From: an uncultured Candidatus Saccharibacteria bacterium | GTDB lineage: Bacteria; Patescibacteriota; Doudnabacteria; UBA920 | Direction: 5' to 3' | Assembly: GCA_964436545.1 (NCBI GenBank) | Contig: CAYTCJ010000005.1 | Span: 12,713-76,712, forward strand | DNA: 64,000 nt | Translations under genes and position numbers: made by a program | Notes under the pieces: model-generated | Seen by the model: the letters and a program-made list of their open reading frames with translations, nothing else | The model's database searches: none | Told to the model about the DNA's origin: nothing | Shown here: positions 55,355 through 63,845 of the stretch, one piece after another | Layout of the letters: each line of letters opens with the position of its first letter | Numbering within the stretch: position 1 is the stretch's first letter

Positions 55355-55414
55355 GGCGGTCATTGGTCGGAAAGCTCACAAGAGCCTACTGGGAAAGCCA
55401 TGACCGCCTTTTCC
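55355..55414 (+). terminator. Terminator-like structure: 9-bp GC stem with a large loop, followed by a T tract
   Basis: ggcggtcat ... atgaccgcc, then ttttcc. Confidence 0.4.
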
Positions 55415-55539
55415 ATTGGTAATATTTTGTGTGTATGTTAGTATATTTAGGCATAGAAGTAGGGAAAAAATTAACTCCCCCTAACCCTCTCCCATTCGGC
55501 AAGCTCAGGACATGCTTTGGAAAAGAGGGGAAGATAATT

Positions 55540-56514
55540 ATGTTATATATTTTTTTAGGTCCGGATGATTATACCAAAAAACAACACATTAAAACTCTGG
55601 TCAAAGACCTGAGTGCGGATTTGATAGTCTACGAAAAACCGGAAACTTTGCCTTACTTTTCCGAGTTGTTGGAGACTGATTTATTTAATAAACCCAAAGT
55701 TTTGGTTGTGGAGTTTTTTTTACCCGAAGTTTTAGAACATTTGGAAACATTGACTAAATCCGCCAACATCATTATTTTTTCTTTAACCGCTTTAGATAAA
55801 CGTAAAAAAGACAGCAAGGAACTACTGAGCCAGCCATTGGTTACGGTTAAAGAATTTAATTTGCCTCACGGACTGGAATTAAATAAGTGGATAATTTCGC
55901 GAGTGGCAGAACTTAGAGGGAAGATAGCTAAGCCGGCAGTAGAGGAATTAGCCATTAGACTAGGCAGGGATAATTTTAAAGAAACCAAATTTGGCGGTAA
56001 GGTGGTAGAATGGGTAGAAGCTTATAATTTGTGGCAGGTAGAGAATGAAATTAATAAGTTGCTTGCTTTTGCTCATGGAAGAGAAATCACCGAAGCCGAC
56101 GTAAAATTATTAGTGGAAAATAATTTAGAGATTGATGTTTTTTTAATTACCAATGCCATTGGGGAAGGGGATAAAGCCTTAGCTTGGCAATTAATGGAAA
56201 AATTTATTATTTTAGAAAATGAGAGTGAAGAAAAAGGCGGGATTATTCATTTAAACGCTTTATTGTCTGAACAAATGAGGAATCTTTTAGTTATTCAAAA
56301 TAGTTTAGAGCAAAAAGCTTCTGACGCGGAAATTTTAAGTTTAACAGGTTGGAAGCCGGGAAGGTTATTTATTTTAAAAAAGTTAGCACAGAAAATTAAA
56401 TCGGCCAAAATTTTAGAAATTTTACCCAAACTGGAAGCGCTCGATGAAGAATTAAAAACCTCTCAAACGCCTCCTAGGGTGCTGTGGGATTTAATTATGG
56501 CTCAGATTTTTTAA
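55540..56514 (+). CDS. holA: DNA polymerase III delta subunit-like protein
   Basis: MLYIFLGPDDYTKKQHIKTLVK resembles the HolA N-terminus (xIYLLYGEDxFL). It is about 325 aa with an RBS-like aaagagggga upstream. The start was set at 55540 in the same frame as the track ORF. Confidence 0.55.
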   Translation: MLYIFLGPDDYTKKQHIKTLVKDLSADLIVYEKPETLPYFSELLETDLFNKPKVLVVEFFLPEVLEHLETLTKSANIIIFSLTALDKRKKDSKELLSQPLVTVKEFNLPHGLELNKWIISRVAELRGKIAKPAVEELAIRLGRDNFKETKFGGKVVEWVEAYNLWQVENEINKLLAFAHGREITEADVKLLVENNLEIDVFLITNAIGEGDKALAWQLMEKFIILENESEEKGGIIHLNALLSEQMRNLLVIQNSLEQKASDAEILSLTGWKPGRLFILKKLAQKIKSAKILEILPKLEALDEELKTSQTPPRVLWDLIMAQIF

Positions 56515-56531
56515 AGTACTTAAATATTTAG

Positions 56532-56560
56532 TTGTCAGATTGCTTTAAATATGCTATAAT
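56532..56560 (+). promoter_or_regulatory. Near-consensus sigma70 promoter
   Basis: TTGTCA, 17-nt spacer, TATAAT. A 7-1-7 palindrome ataacct-t-aggttat at 56630-56644 lies in the 5' UTR. Confidence 0.45.
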
Positions 56561-56657
56561 ATTAGAAATGAGTCCAAAATTGGGCTTTTCTTTTGTCCAA
56601 GCATTTGGCAGAAACAAAAATTAATTACTATAACCTTAGGTTATAGCGGAGAATTAT

Positions 56658-57377
56658 ATGACCCCAAAACAACAAAAGCTTACCAAAATCGCTACTGCGG
56701 TAGCTATTATGGCTTCGATAGTTTTTCCCGGAGCTGCGGCTTTAGCTCAAAATCGTCCACCTTTAGAAAGAAAGCAAGAAATGGAAAATAAAAAGCAAGA
56801 GTTTAAACAGCAGTTAGAGCAAAAGAAGACAGAAGTAAAGAATCAAATAGAACAGAGAAAGCAAGAGATGGAAAAAAAGAAAGAAGAAATGAAGGCTAAG
56901 GCTGAAGAAAAGAAACAGCAAATGCAAGATAGAGCAAAAAATATTAAAGAGTGTTTAAAAGCCAATCAAACTTTGAGGGATACCTACCGAACTTCGGTTA
57001 AGGGTAATGATAAAGATTATGTGAGTGGTTTAAAAGAAGCAGAAAAAACCCACCGAGAAGCCCAAAAAAAGGCTAACGAAGACTTTAAAGCCAGTCTTAA
57101 AACCGCAGAAGAGAAATTGAAAACCGATTTAGCCACGGCAACCGATGAAGCTGGTAAGAAAACCGCAAGAGAAACTTTTAAAAATGCAAAAAAGACGGCT
57201 ATGGAAACCAGGCAGAATGCCCTGAAGCAAGCTAACGAAGCTTTTAAGAGCGCTCGAGAAGCTTTGCTCAAAGATAGAAAATCGGACAATGAAGAGGCGC
57301 AAAAAACTCGTGATGGGGCAATAAAAAAATGTTATGAAGCCACTGCTACCTCAACTCCTACTACAACCAGCAATTAA
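56658..57377 (+). CDS. Secreted Lys/Glu-rich coiled-coil protein
   Basis: Signal peptide MTPKQQKLTKIATAVAIMASIVFPGAAALAQ, then repetitive KQE/EKK heptad-like segments, and a C-terminus TATSTPTTTSN. Confidence 0.55.
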   Translation: MTPKQQKLTKIATAVAIMASIVFPGAAALAQNRPPLERKQEMENKKQEFKQQLEQKKTEVKNQIEQRKQEMEKKKEEMKAKAEEKKQQMQDRAKNIKECLKANQTLRDTYRTSVKGNDKDYVSGLKEAEKTHREAQKKANEDFKASLKTAEEKLKTDLATATDEAGKKTARETFKNAKKTAMETRQNALKQANEAFKSAREALLKDRKSDNEEAQKTRDGAIKKCYEATATSTPTTTSN

Positions 57378-57380
57378 GTT

Positions 57381-57415
57381 AAAAAAACCCTCCGAAGTTT
57401 TGGAGGGTTTTTTAA
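57381..57415. terminator. Bidirectional rho-independent terminator between convergent genes
   Basis: aaaaaaaccctccgaagttttggagggttttttaa, flanked by an A-run and a T-run. Confidence 0.6.
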
Positions 57416-57798
57416 TTGAAGTTGATGGTAAAGTTATACATACCCATAGAACATACTCCGGTAAGACTGGTGCCGGGTTTTTGCGGAGGAATATTTATTT
57501 CAGTTGTGCCTTGTGGGGGTAAAAATTGTTTATAGCCCAAATCGGGAATTAATAAACTGGCGCTACAATCAAAAGTGCCTTGAGTATTAACCTTTAACAC
57601 AGCGGGTGTGTTGGCTTTGGCATTGGTATTTTTGGGTACGTAACCACCTTTGGCATTAATGGAAATGGTTTGTTGGTTACCCGTTATAACAACATTTTCT
57701 GTGCTGGGTGAAAGTTGAGTAGAGTCGGTTTTAAGTAGTAAGAATAAAACTGCACCTAAAAAAAATAGAGTAAAAATAATCGCGTGAGTTTTTGACAT
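57412..57798 (-). CDS. Small membrane-anchored protein, the last gene of the copper operon; possible extracytoplasmic metal-binding protein
   Basis: N-terminal TM helix (AIIFTLFFLGAVLFLLL) and a beta-rich C-terminus ending TGVCSMGMYNFTINFN (Cys/Met-rich). Confidence 0.4.
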   Translation of the reverse strand: MSKTHAIIFTLFFLGAVLFLLLKTDSTQLSPSTENVVITGNQQTISINAKGGYVPKNTNAKANTPAVLKVNTQGTFDCSASLLIPDLGYKQFLPPQGTTEINIPPQKPGTSLTGVCSMGMYNFTINFN

Positions 57799-57799
57799 A

Positions 57800-58816
57800 T
57801 TAAAAAGTAAATAGGGGTTTTATTAAACCAATAAGGCTGAAGCTGTTGAATAAATTAATTATACCAAAAATGAGTACAATTAAGCCAGCGGTTTTAAAAA
57901 AGAGATTTTTTGAATTTGGCGAGTGCAGTAATTTAACTCCAAAGCTAAGCAGTAAAAGCATAGGTAGGGTGCCGAGAGCAAAAAAGAACATAAGTTTTGC
58001 GCCCGAATAAAAATTTCTGGTAGAAATTGCATAAATTTGCATAGATTGCGTAAAACCACAAGGCAAAAAGAAAGTTAAAATCCCGGCTAGGACAGGCATC
58101 AAATTATGGTTTAGGTTTTTTAGCCAATAAAACGGTTTGGCAAAACTACGAGGTAAGGTAATTTGCAAATGTTTGGACCACACAAACACATCAATCAAAT
58201 TTAAGCCTAAAATAATTAAGACAAAAGCTAACACTAAATTGATTATAAAAGTTCCCGTAATATTCAGATTGAAAATGGCACCTAAGGCTCCAATACTGCC
58301 ACCCAATACAAAGAAGGCAATTAACCGGGAAAGATGAAAGAGCAAGTGCGGTTTTATGGTTTTTTCGGTTTTGGCCAAATTTGCCGAAAGTGATAGGACT
58401 AATCCGCCGACTACTGCCATACAAGTGGAAAGCGAGGCAATAATGCCAAGAATTAAAGCTGAGAGAGGGTTGATTTTGCTAGCATTCACTAAATTAACCA
58501 AGCCTAATTTTTGCAGAATAATAAAAATTAAAAAAAAGCCAATGGTTAATAAGCCGGCGTAAAAAAAATCTGCGTTGTTTGACTTGGAGGGAGTGTCTGT
58601 AGTGGCATGGTAGCCATAGGGCTTTAATAGCAGATTAATTTGCTCGAGTAATTTTGTGGCCGGAAGATTTTCAAAATTACCGGTTAATTCCATAAGATGA
58701 TTAGCCAGCGAGACATTGACTCGGGTTACTTCCGGCAGAGTTTTTAGTTGACTTTCGGTCAAAACCACACAGGCTTTACAGTGCATGCCTTGAATATGGA
58801 AAGTGTAGGTTTGCAT
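57800..58816 (-). CDS. HMA (heavy-metal-associated) domain fused to a polytopic CcdA/DsbD- or TauE-like membrane domain
   Basis: N-terminal MQTYTFHIQGMHCKACVVLTES (GMxCxxC). About 7 TM helices with intramembrane Cys (LSTCMAVVGG, FFLPCGFTQS). Confidence 0.5.
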   Translation of the reverse strand: MQTYTFHIQGMHCKACVVLTESQLKTLPEVTRVNVSLANHLMELTGNFENLPATKLLEQINLLLKPYGYHATTDTPSKSNNADFFYAGLLTIGFFLIFIILQKLGLVNLVNASKINPLSALILGIIASLSTCMAVVGGLVLSLSANLAKTEKTIKPHLLFHLSRLIAFFVLGGSIGALGAIFNLNITGTFIINLVLAFVLIILGLNLIDVFVWSKHLQITLPRSFAKPFYWLKNLNHNLMPVLAGILTFFLPCGFTQSMQIYAISTRNFYSGAKLMFFFALGTLPMLLLLSFGVKLLHSPNSKNLFFKTAGLIVLIFGIINLFNSFSLIGLIKPLFTF

Positions 58817-58819
58817 AAA

Positions 58820-61054
58820 TTAGAGTTTAAAACTTTTTAATCTTAAAGCATTGGCGACTACCGAGACGCTGGAAAAGGCCATAGCCAGTCCGGCAAAAAC
58901 AGGGGAGAGTGTCCAGCCTAACAGCGGGTAAAGTAAACCACTGGCAATTGGTATCCCAATAATATTATAAATAAACGCCCAAAACAAGTTTTGCTTAACT
59001 ATTCGCAAAGTAAGTTTAGATAGCTTAAAAGCTTTTAAGAGTTTGGTTAAATCCCCATGGAGTAAAGTTATACCCGCAGACTCTATGGCAATATCTGAAC
59101 CGGTGGCCATGGCAATACCCACATCGGCTTGGGTGAGCGCGGGGGCGTCATTAATACCATCTCCCAGCATGGCTACTTTTTTGCCTTGGTGTTGCAAGGC
59201 CTTAATTTTTTCCGCTTTGTCTTGAGGTAAGATTTCCGCAATTACATTTTTTACGCCGACTTCACTGGCCATGGCCTGAGCGGTTAAATGGTTATCGCCG
59301 GTTAAAATAATGGTTTCAATATTCAAATTTTTTAATTGAGCAATTACAGTTTTGGCTGTGGGTTTTAATTCGTCGCTTACAGTCAATAGCCCGATAATTT
59401 GGCTATCTGCTTCTAAGATCATTACAGTCTTGCCTTGGTGTTGCAGAGCTTGAATTCTATCGTTATGGTCAGAGGCTGTCGGCTTACGAACGTGCACGGT
59501 ATGCTCATTAATTTTACCGGTTACTCCAATGCCCGGAATTTGTTTAAAGTCAGTTACCTTTAATAAAGTCAGTTCTTGAGCTTGAGCCTGTTTAACTATT
59601 GGTTCTGCTAACGGATGATTAGATAAATTTTCTAAACTGGCGGAGTATTGTAAAATTTTTTCTTGAGTCCAAGCCGGGTTGATAATTACAATTTCTTTAA
59701 ATTGGGGTTTGCCCAGTGTGAGGGTGCCGGTTTTATCCAAGACCACGGTATCAATCCCGTTTAATTTTTGTAGGGTTTCAGCATTTTTTATTAGAATACC
59801 ATTTTGCGCACCTTTACCCACGCCGGCAATAATTGCCGTAGGGGTGGCTAAGCCCAAAGCGCATGGACAAGCAATAATTAAGACACTCACAAACGCAACT
59901 AAACCCAAAGCAAACGCTTGGTTAAGGCTTAGCCATTGACTGCCAATTATTAACCACAGGGCAAATGTCACAAATGCGATAATCAATACCGTGGGCACAA
60001 AATAATAAGAAATTTTATCTGCCAAATGTTGAATGGGGGCTTTGGAATTTTGGGCAGTTTCGACCAGTTGAATGATTTTAGATAGGAGAGTATCTTTTCC
60101 AACTTTACTGGCGATAAATTTAATGTAGCCATTTAAGTTAATGGTTCCGCCAATAACATTTTGATGAATGGTTTTGTCCACGGGTATGGCTTCGCCGGTA
60201 ATCATAGATTCGTCTATTGAGGTAAAGCCTTCAATAATTTTGCCGTCCACGGGGATTTTATCTCCGGGTTTTACAATTAAAATATTGCCCGGTTGAATAG
60301 TTTCTATGGCAACAATGTGTTCTTGTCCGTTGTGCCACAAGCTTGCGGTTTTGGCTTGTAAGCCTAAAAGTTTTTTAATAGCTTCCGAGGTTTTGGCTTT
60401 AGAAGTGCTTTCCAAGTATTTGCCAAATAAGACAAAACCAATCACTACAATGGTTACATCGAAATAAGTATAAACGGGTAAATTAAGAGTTAGAGGAATT
60501 TGTGGAAATAGAGTAATAGTTAAGCTGTATACATACGCGGTTACAGTTCCCAGTCCCACTAAGGAATCCATGTTAGCGTTACCGGAACGGACAAACAGTA
60601 CTAAGCCTTTAATAAACCGTTGACCTGAGCCAAAGAGAATTAAGCTGGCTAAAATAAGATTGATTCGGTTCCATGCTTCCATGCCTAAGGGGGGATTGGG
60701 AATTGACCAAACTAATTTGGCTAAAATTTCCCAGAGCATAGTTAAAAAAATAAACAAGGCTAAAGGAAAAGCAAATAAACTCCACCGGTCTATGTGGGAG
60801 TCGGTTGAATCGTCGGGTGTTGAGGGTGAGTTTTGGGTTTCGGAGTGAGCGCTTAGTTCATAACCCAAAGGTTTTAGTGCTTGGTTAATTTCGGGTGTAG
60901 GCAGAGTTTGGCCATTGAATTCTATATTGGCAGTTTCAGTGGCAAAATTTACTGAGGCGGTTTTTATGCTCTTAAATTTGGCCAATTGCTTTTCAATAAG
61001 ATTGGCGCAGCTTACACAGTGCATCCCGATGATTTTATAGTTTTGGTTAGACAT
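58820..61054 (-). CDS. copA: Copper-translocating P1B-type ATPase
   Basis: N-terminal HMA domain YKIIGMHCVSCANLIEKQ, the CPC motif (IACPCALGLATP), DKTGTLT phosphorylation site, GDGINDAPAL hinge. Confidence 0.9.
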   Translation of the reverse strand: MSNQNYKIIGMHCVSCANLIEKQLAKFKSIKTASVNFATETANIEFNGQTLPTPEINQALKPLGYELSAHSETQNSPSTPDDSTDSHIDRWSLFAFPLALFIFLTMLWEILAKLVWSIPNPPLGMEAWNRINLILASLILFGSGQRFIKGLVLFVRSGNANMDSLVGLGTVTAYVYSLTITLFPQIPLTLNLPVYTYFDVTIVVIGFVLFGKYLESTSKAKTSEAIKKLLGLQAKTASLWHNGQEHIVAIETIQPGNILIVKPGDKIPVDGKIIEGFTSIDESMITGEAIPVDKTIHQNVIGGTINLNGYIKFIASKVGKDTLLSKIIQLVETAQNSKAPIQHLADKISYYFVPTVLIIAFVTFALWLIIGSQWLSLNQAFALGLVAFVSVLIIACPCALGLATPTAIIAGVGKGAQNGILIKNAETLQKLNGIDTVVLDKTGTLTLGKPQFKEIVIINPAWTQEKILQYSASLENLSNHPLAEPIVKQAQAQELTLLKVTDFKQIPGIGVTGKINEHTVHVRKPTASDHNDRIQALQHQGKTVMILEADSQIIGLLTVSDELKPTAKTVIAQLKNLNIETIILTGDNHLTAQAMASEVGVKNVIAEILPQDKAEKIKALQHQGKKVAMLGDGINDAPALTQADVGIAMATGSDIAIESAGITLLHGDLTKLLKAFKLSKLTLRIVKQNLFWAFIYNIIGIPIASGLLYPLLGWTLSPVFAGLAMAFSSVSVVANALRLKSFKL

Positions 61055-61082
61055 AAGTTAAGTAAGGTTTAAAAATTCAAGT

Positions 61083-61646
61083 TTAGATTCCATACCATTC
61101 GCTTCGCCAAGTTTGGAGAATTTTTAAAGTCGTTTTTAAAAAAATGTCCACCGCATTGGCATTATTTAAAGTCTCGGTTCGGGTACTTTTTAATAAGGTT
61201 TCTTTAGTCATTCGCAAACCTTCTTCGTGGTGGGTAATAAGCGCGTTTAAAAATCTTAAATCAAATTTTTCGTCAGCTGTACCCAAATTGGCCACTTGAG
61301 GTTTTTTAACTTGCCTTTTGTCTTTGTACCAAGTTTGTTTGTAATCATAAAGTTCTTTTATGGCCGTAGGTTCGTCGGCTAAAATCTTATTAGCCAATTC
61401 CCGAATTTCCACCCGCGTGGTTTGTGTTTGGGCTTGCTCTGCTAATAACATTGCCGCCGTGTGGTGGCTAATCATGGCATTTAGGTAATTCAAATCAAAT
61501 AATTTACCCGCATTACCCAAGCTCATGGGAGTTTTATTAAACATTTCGGTGCGGTATTCCGCAGTTTGGGAAAAGCCCAGCATATAGCCGGCAATACCGG
61601 CAATAATCATAAACGCCAAAGCCAAAGGAGTGGAGATTTTATGCAT
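61083..61646 (-). CDS. DUF305-family protein, copper-resistance associated
   Basis: N-terminal TM/signal, then FDLNYLNAMISHHTAAMLLAE and FDLRFLNALITHHEEGLRMTKE, the duplicated DUF305 HH motifs. Confidence 0.7.
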   Translation of the reverse strand: MHKISTPLALAFMIIAGIAGYMLGFSQTAEYRTEMFNKTPMSLGNAGKLFDLNYLNAMISHHTAAMLLAEQAQTQTTRVEIRELANKILADEPTAIKELYDYKQTWYKDKRQVKKPQVANLGTADEKFDLRFLNALITHHEEGLRMTKETLLKSTRTETLNNANAVDIFLKTTLKILQTWRSEWYGI

Positions 61647-61650
61647 AGAA

Positions 61651-61920
61651 TTAGGTTCTTTTTAATTTATAAACTTTTAATATTTCATTTTTTGCCTTTT
61701 TTTCCTGTCCGGATTGTATTTGCTTTAGAATGCAACTGCTTAAATGGTTTTCCATAAGCAAGTTTTCCACAGTGGATAACGCTTGTTTAACTGCGGAAGT
61801 CTGCGTGATAATATCTATGCAGTAAACGTCGTTTTCCAGCATTTTCTGAAGCCCTCTCACTTGACCCTCAATTAACTTTAGGCGGTTTATAAGTTTATGT
61901 TTTGGATTGATATGGTTCAT
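61651..61920 (-). CDS. csoR: CsoR/RcnR-family copper-sensing transcriptional repressor
   Basis: LIEGQVRGLQKMLENDVYCIDIITQTSAV...MENHLSSC, the CsoR x-C-H-C metal-ligand pattern in a DUF156 fold. Confidence 0.75.
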   Translation of the reverse strand: MNHINPKHKLINRLKLIEGQVRGLQKMLENDVYCIDIITQTSAVKQALSTVENLLMENHLSSCILKQIQSGQEKKAKNEILKVYKLKRT

Positions 61921-61928
61921 ATATTTCT

Positions 61929-61957
61929 AGTATATACCCCCTAGGGGTATTTGTCAA
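61929..61957 (-). promoter_or_regulatory. Copper-operon promoter with a CsoR-type operator in the spacer
   Basis: On the minus strand: TTGACA, then aatACCCCtagGGGGTAta (a GC-rich inverted repeat of CsoR-box type) as the 17-nt spacer, then TATACT. It lies 9 nt upstream of the csoR start. Confidence 0.55.
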
Positions 61958-61966
61958 GAAAAATAA

Positions 61967-61990
61967 AATCTAGTTATAAAACTAGATTTT
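61967..61990 (-). terminator. typA terminator on the minus strand
   Basis: aaatctagtt-ataaa-actagattt, a 10-bp perfect stem followed on the minus strand by tattttt. Confidence 0.5.
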
Positions 61991-62006
61991 ATTAGTCGCA
62001 AGATAG

Positions 62007-63845
62007 TTATCTTTTGGCGCGTTTTCTTTCCGTGGCGCTTAAGATTTTTTTACGGATTCTAAGGTTTTGCGGAGTAACTTCTAAGAGTTCGTCTTTCCCA
62101 ATATATTCCATAGCGAAATCGAGTTCTATTGGATGAGGCGGGGTAAGGATAATGGCTTCGTCAGCTCCGGAAGAACGCATATTGGTAAGTTTTTTGGTTT
62201 TACAAACATTGAGTTCCAAATCGTCGTTTAAAGCATTTTTACCCACCACCATACCTTCGTAGACTTCGGTAGCCGGACCAATAAACAAAGTCCCGCGTTC
62301 TTGAGCATTATTCAAGCCGTAAGCGTTGGAAGTGCCGGATTCGCTGGCAATCAGACTCCCATGATCATTAGCATGTTCATCAACTTCGTGAATGGGTTTG
62401 TAGCTATCAAATAAGTTATTAAGAATAATGGTGCCTCGGGTGCGGGTGAGTAAGAGGTTTTTCAGGCCAATGAGCCCGCGAGTGGGAATAAGATATTCGG
62501 CATGGATTTCGCCACTGGGGCTCATATCCATTACTTGCATTTCACCTCCGCGTCTGCCCAGTTCCTCAATCATGGCGCCTTGGTATTCCGCCGGCACATC
62601 TATGGTGACGATTTCATAAGGTTCATGTTTGACGCCATCAACTTCGTGATAAATTACTTGAGGTTGGCTTACTTGCAGTTCAAAACCTTCGCGTCGCATG
62701 GTTTCAATTAAAACGCCTAAATGCAGTTCGCCCCGCCCGCTCACCAAAAAGCTTTCCGCGCCTTCTTCCGAGGGTTCCACTTTTAAGGCCACGTTAGTTT
62801 CTAATTCTTTTTCCAAACGGTCGCGGATGTTGCGGGAGGTGACAAATTTACCTTCGCGTCCGGCAAAGGGACTGGTGTTAACCCCAAAAGTCATTTTAAT
62901 GGTGGGGGGTTCAATTTCCACCGGAGGTAAGACAACCGGGCTCGTGGGATCGGTAAGAGTGTCGCCAATATGGACATCATTAAAACCGGCAATGGAAACA
63001 ATGTCTCCGGCCACGGCTTCTTCTACATCGGTGGGTTTTAAGCCTTGGTACATTTGCAAACCGGAAATTTTACCGGAAATTTTTTCACCGTTTACTTTAA
63101 CCAGTAGAGCGTTTTGAGATTTTTTTATGGCTCCGGAAATAATTTTTCCAATCCCCATTTTACCTTTGTAATTGTCGTAAAATAAAGCCAAGACTAAAAG
63201 CGCAAAGGGTTCTTCGGGTTTTACGTCGGGCGCTGGGATATGGGTAATAATGGTTTCAAATAGGGGAGAAACGTCTGCCGGGGCGGAATTTTTAATTTTC
63301 AATTTTAAATTTTCAATTTCGGTATCGGCCAGACCCAGTTTGCCCGCGGAGTAAATAATCGGGAAATCTAACTGAGTATCGTTAGCGTTTAATTTAACAA
63401 ATAAATCAAAAGTTTTGTTAATGGTGTGTTCCGGATCCGCTCCTTCTTTATCGACTTTATTAATTACCACGATCGCCTTAAGTCCAAGTTCTAAAGCTTT
63501 TTTAAGCACAAATTTGGTTTGGGGCATAGGGCCTTCTTTGGCATCCACCAATAATAAAACTCCATCGGCCATTCTTAAAGTGCGTTCGACTTCACCACCA
63601 AAATCTGCGTGGCCTGGCGTGTCCACAATATTAATTTTGGTGCCCTTATAAACCAAACTGGCATTTTTGGCACGAATGGTAATGCCTCGTTCGCGTTCTA
63701 AATCCATACTGTCCATAATTAAGTCCTTCGTTTCCGGATTGTCCTTAACGGTTTGGGTTTGCTTGAGCATGGCATCCACTAACGTGGTTTTGCCATGGTC
63801 CACGTGAGCTATAATGGCAATATTTCTAATGTTATCTCTTTTCAT
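62007..63845 (-). CDS. typA: Translational GTPase TypA/BipA
   Basis: MKRDNIRNIAIIAHVDHGKTTLVDAMLKQ, G-domain motifs DTPGHADF and NKVD, and EF-G-like domains. Confidence 0.9.
   Translation of the reverse strand: MKRDNIRNIAIIAHVDHGKTTLVDAMLKQTQTVKDNPETKDLIMDSMDLERERGITIRAKNASLVYKGTKINIVDTPGHADFGGEVERTLRMADGVLLLVDAKEGPMPQTKFVLKKALELGLKAIVVINKVDKEGADPEHTINKTFDLFVKLNANDTQLDFPIIYSAGKLGLADTEIENLKLKIKNSAPADVSPLFETIITHIPAPDVKPEEPFALLVLALFYDNYKGKMGIGKIISGAIKKSQNALLVKVNGEKISGKISGLQMYQGLKPTDVEEAVAGDIVSIAGFNDVHIGDTLTDPTSPVVLPPVEIEPPTIKMTFGVNTSPFAGREGKFVTSRNIRDRLEKELETNVALKVEPSEEGAESFLVSGRGELHLGVLIETMRREGFELQVSQPQVIYHEVDGVKHEPYEIVTIDVPAEYQGAMIEELGRRGGEMQVMDMSPSGEIHAEYLIPTRGLIGLKNLLLTRTRGTIILNNLFDSYKPIHEVDEHANDHGSLIASESGTSNAYGLNNAQERGTLFIGPATEVYEGMVVGKNALNDDLELNVCKTKKLTNMRSSGADEAIILTPPHPIELDFAMEYIGKDELLEVTPQNLRIRKKILSATERKRAKR

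Noticed and set aside
55429-55539. 37-aa N-terminal extension of holA in the track
   Set aside because: It covers the lysC terminator region. The internal ATG at 55540 is preceded by an RBS-like purine tract and gives the typical delta-subunit N-terminus.
57334-57522. 62-aa plus-strand ORF across the bidirectional terminator
   Set aside because: It runs through the terminator hairpin into the antisense strand of the small copper-operon gene and has no start-site support.
62428-63651. Plus-strand ORFs 62428-62619, 62502-62711, 62698-63117 and 63415-63651 inside typA
   Set aside because: They are antisense to the highly conserved BipA/TypA gene, whose G-domain and EF-G-like domains are read without interruption on the minus strand.
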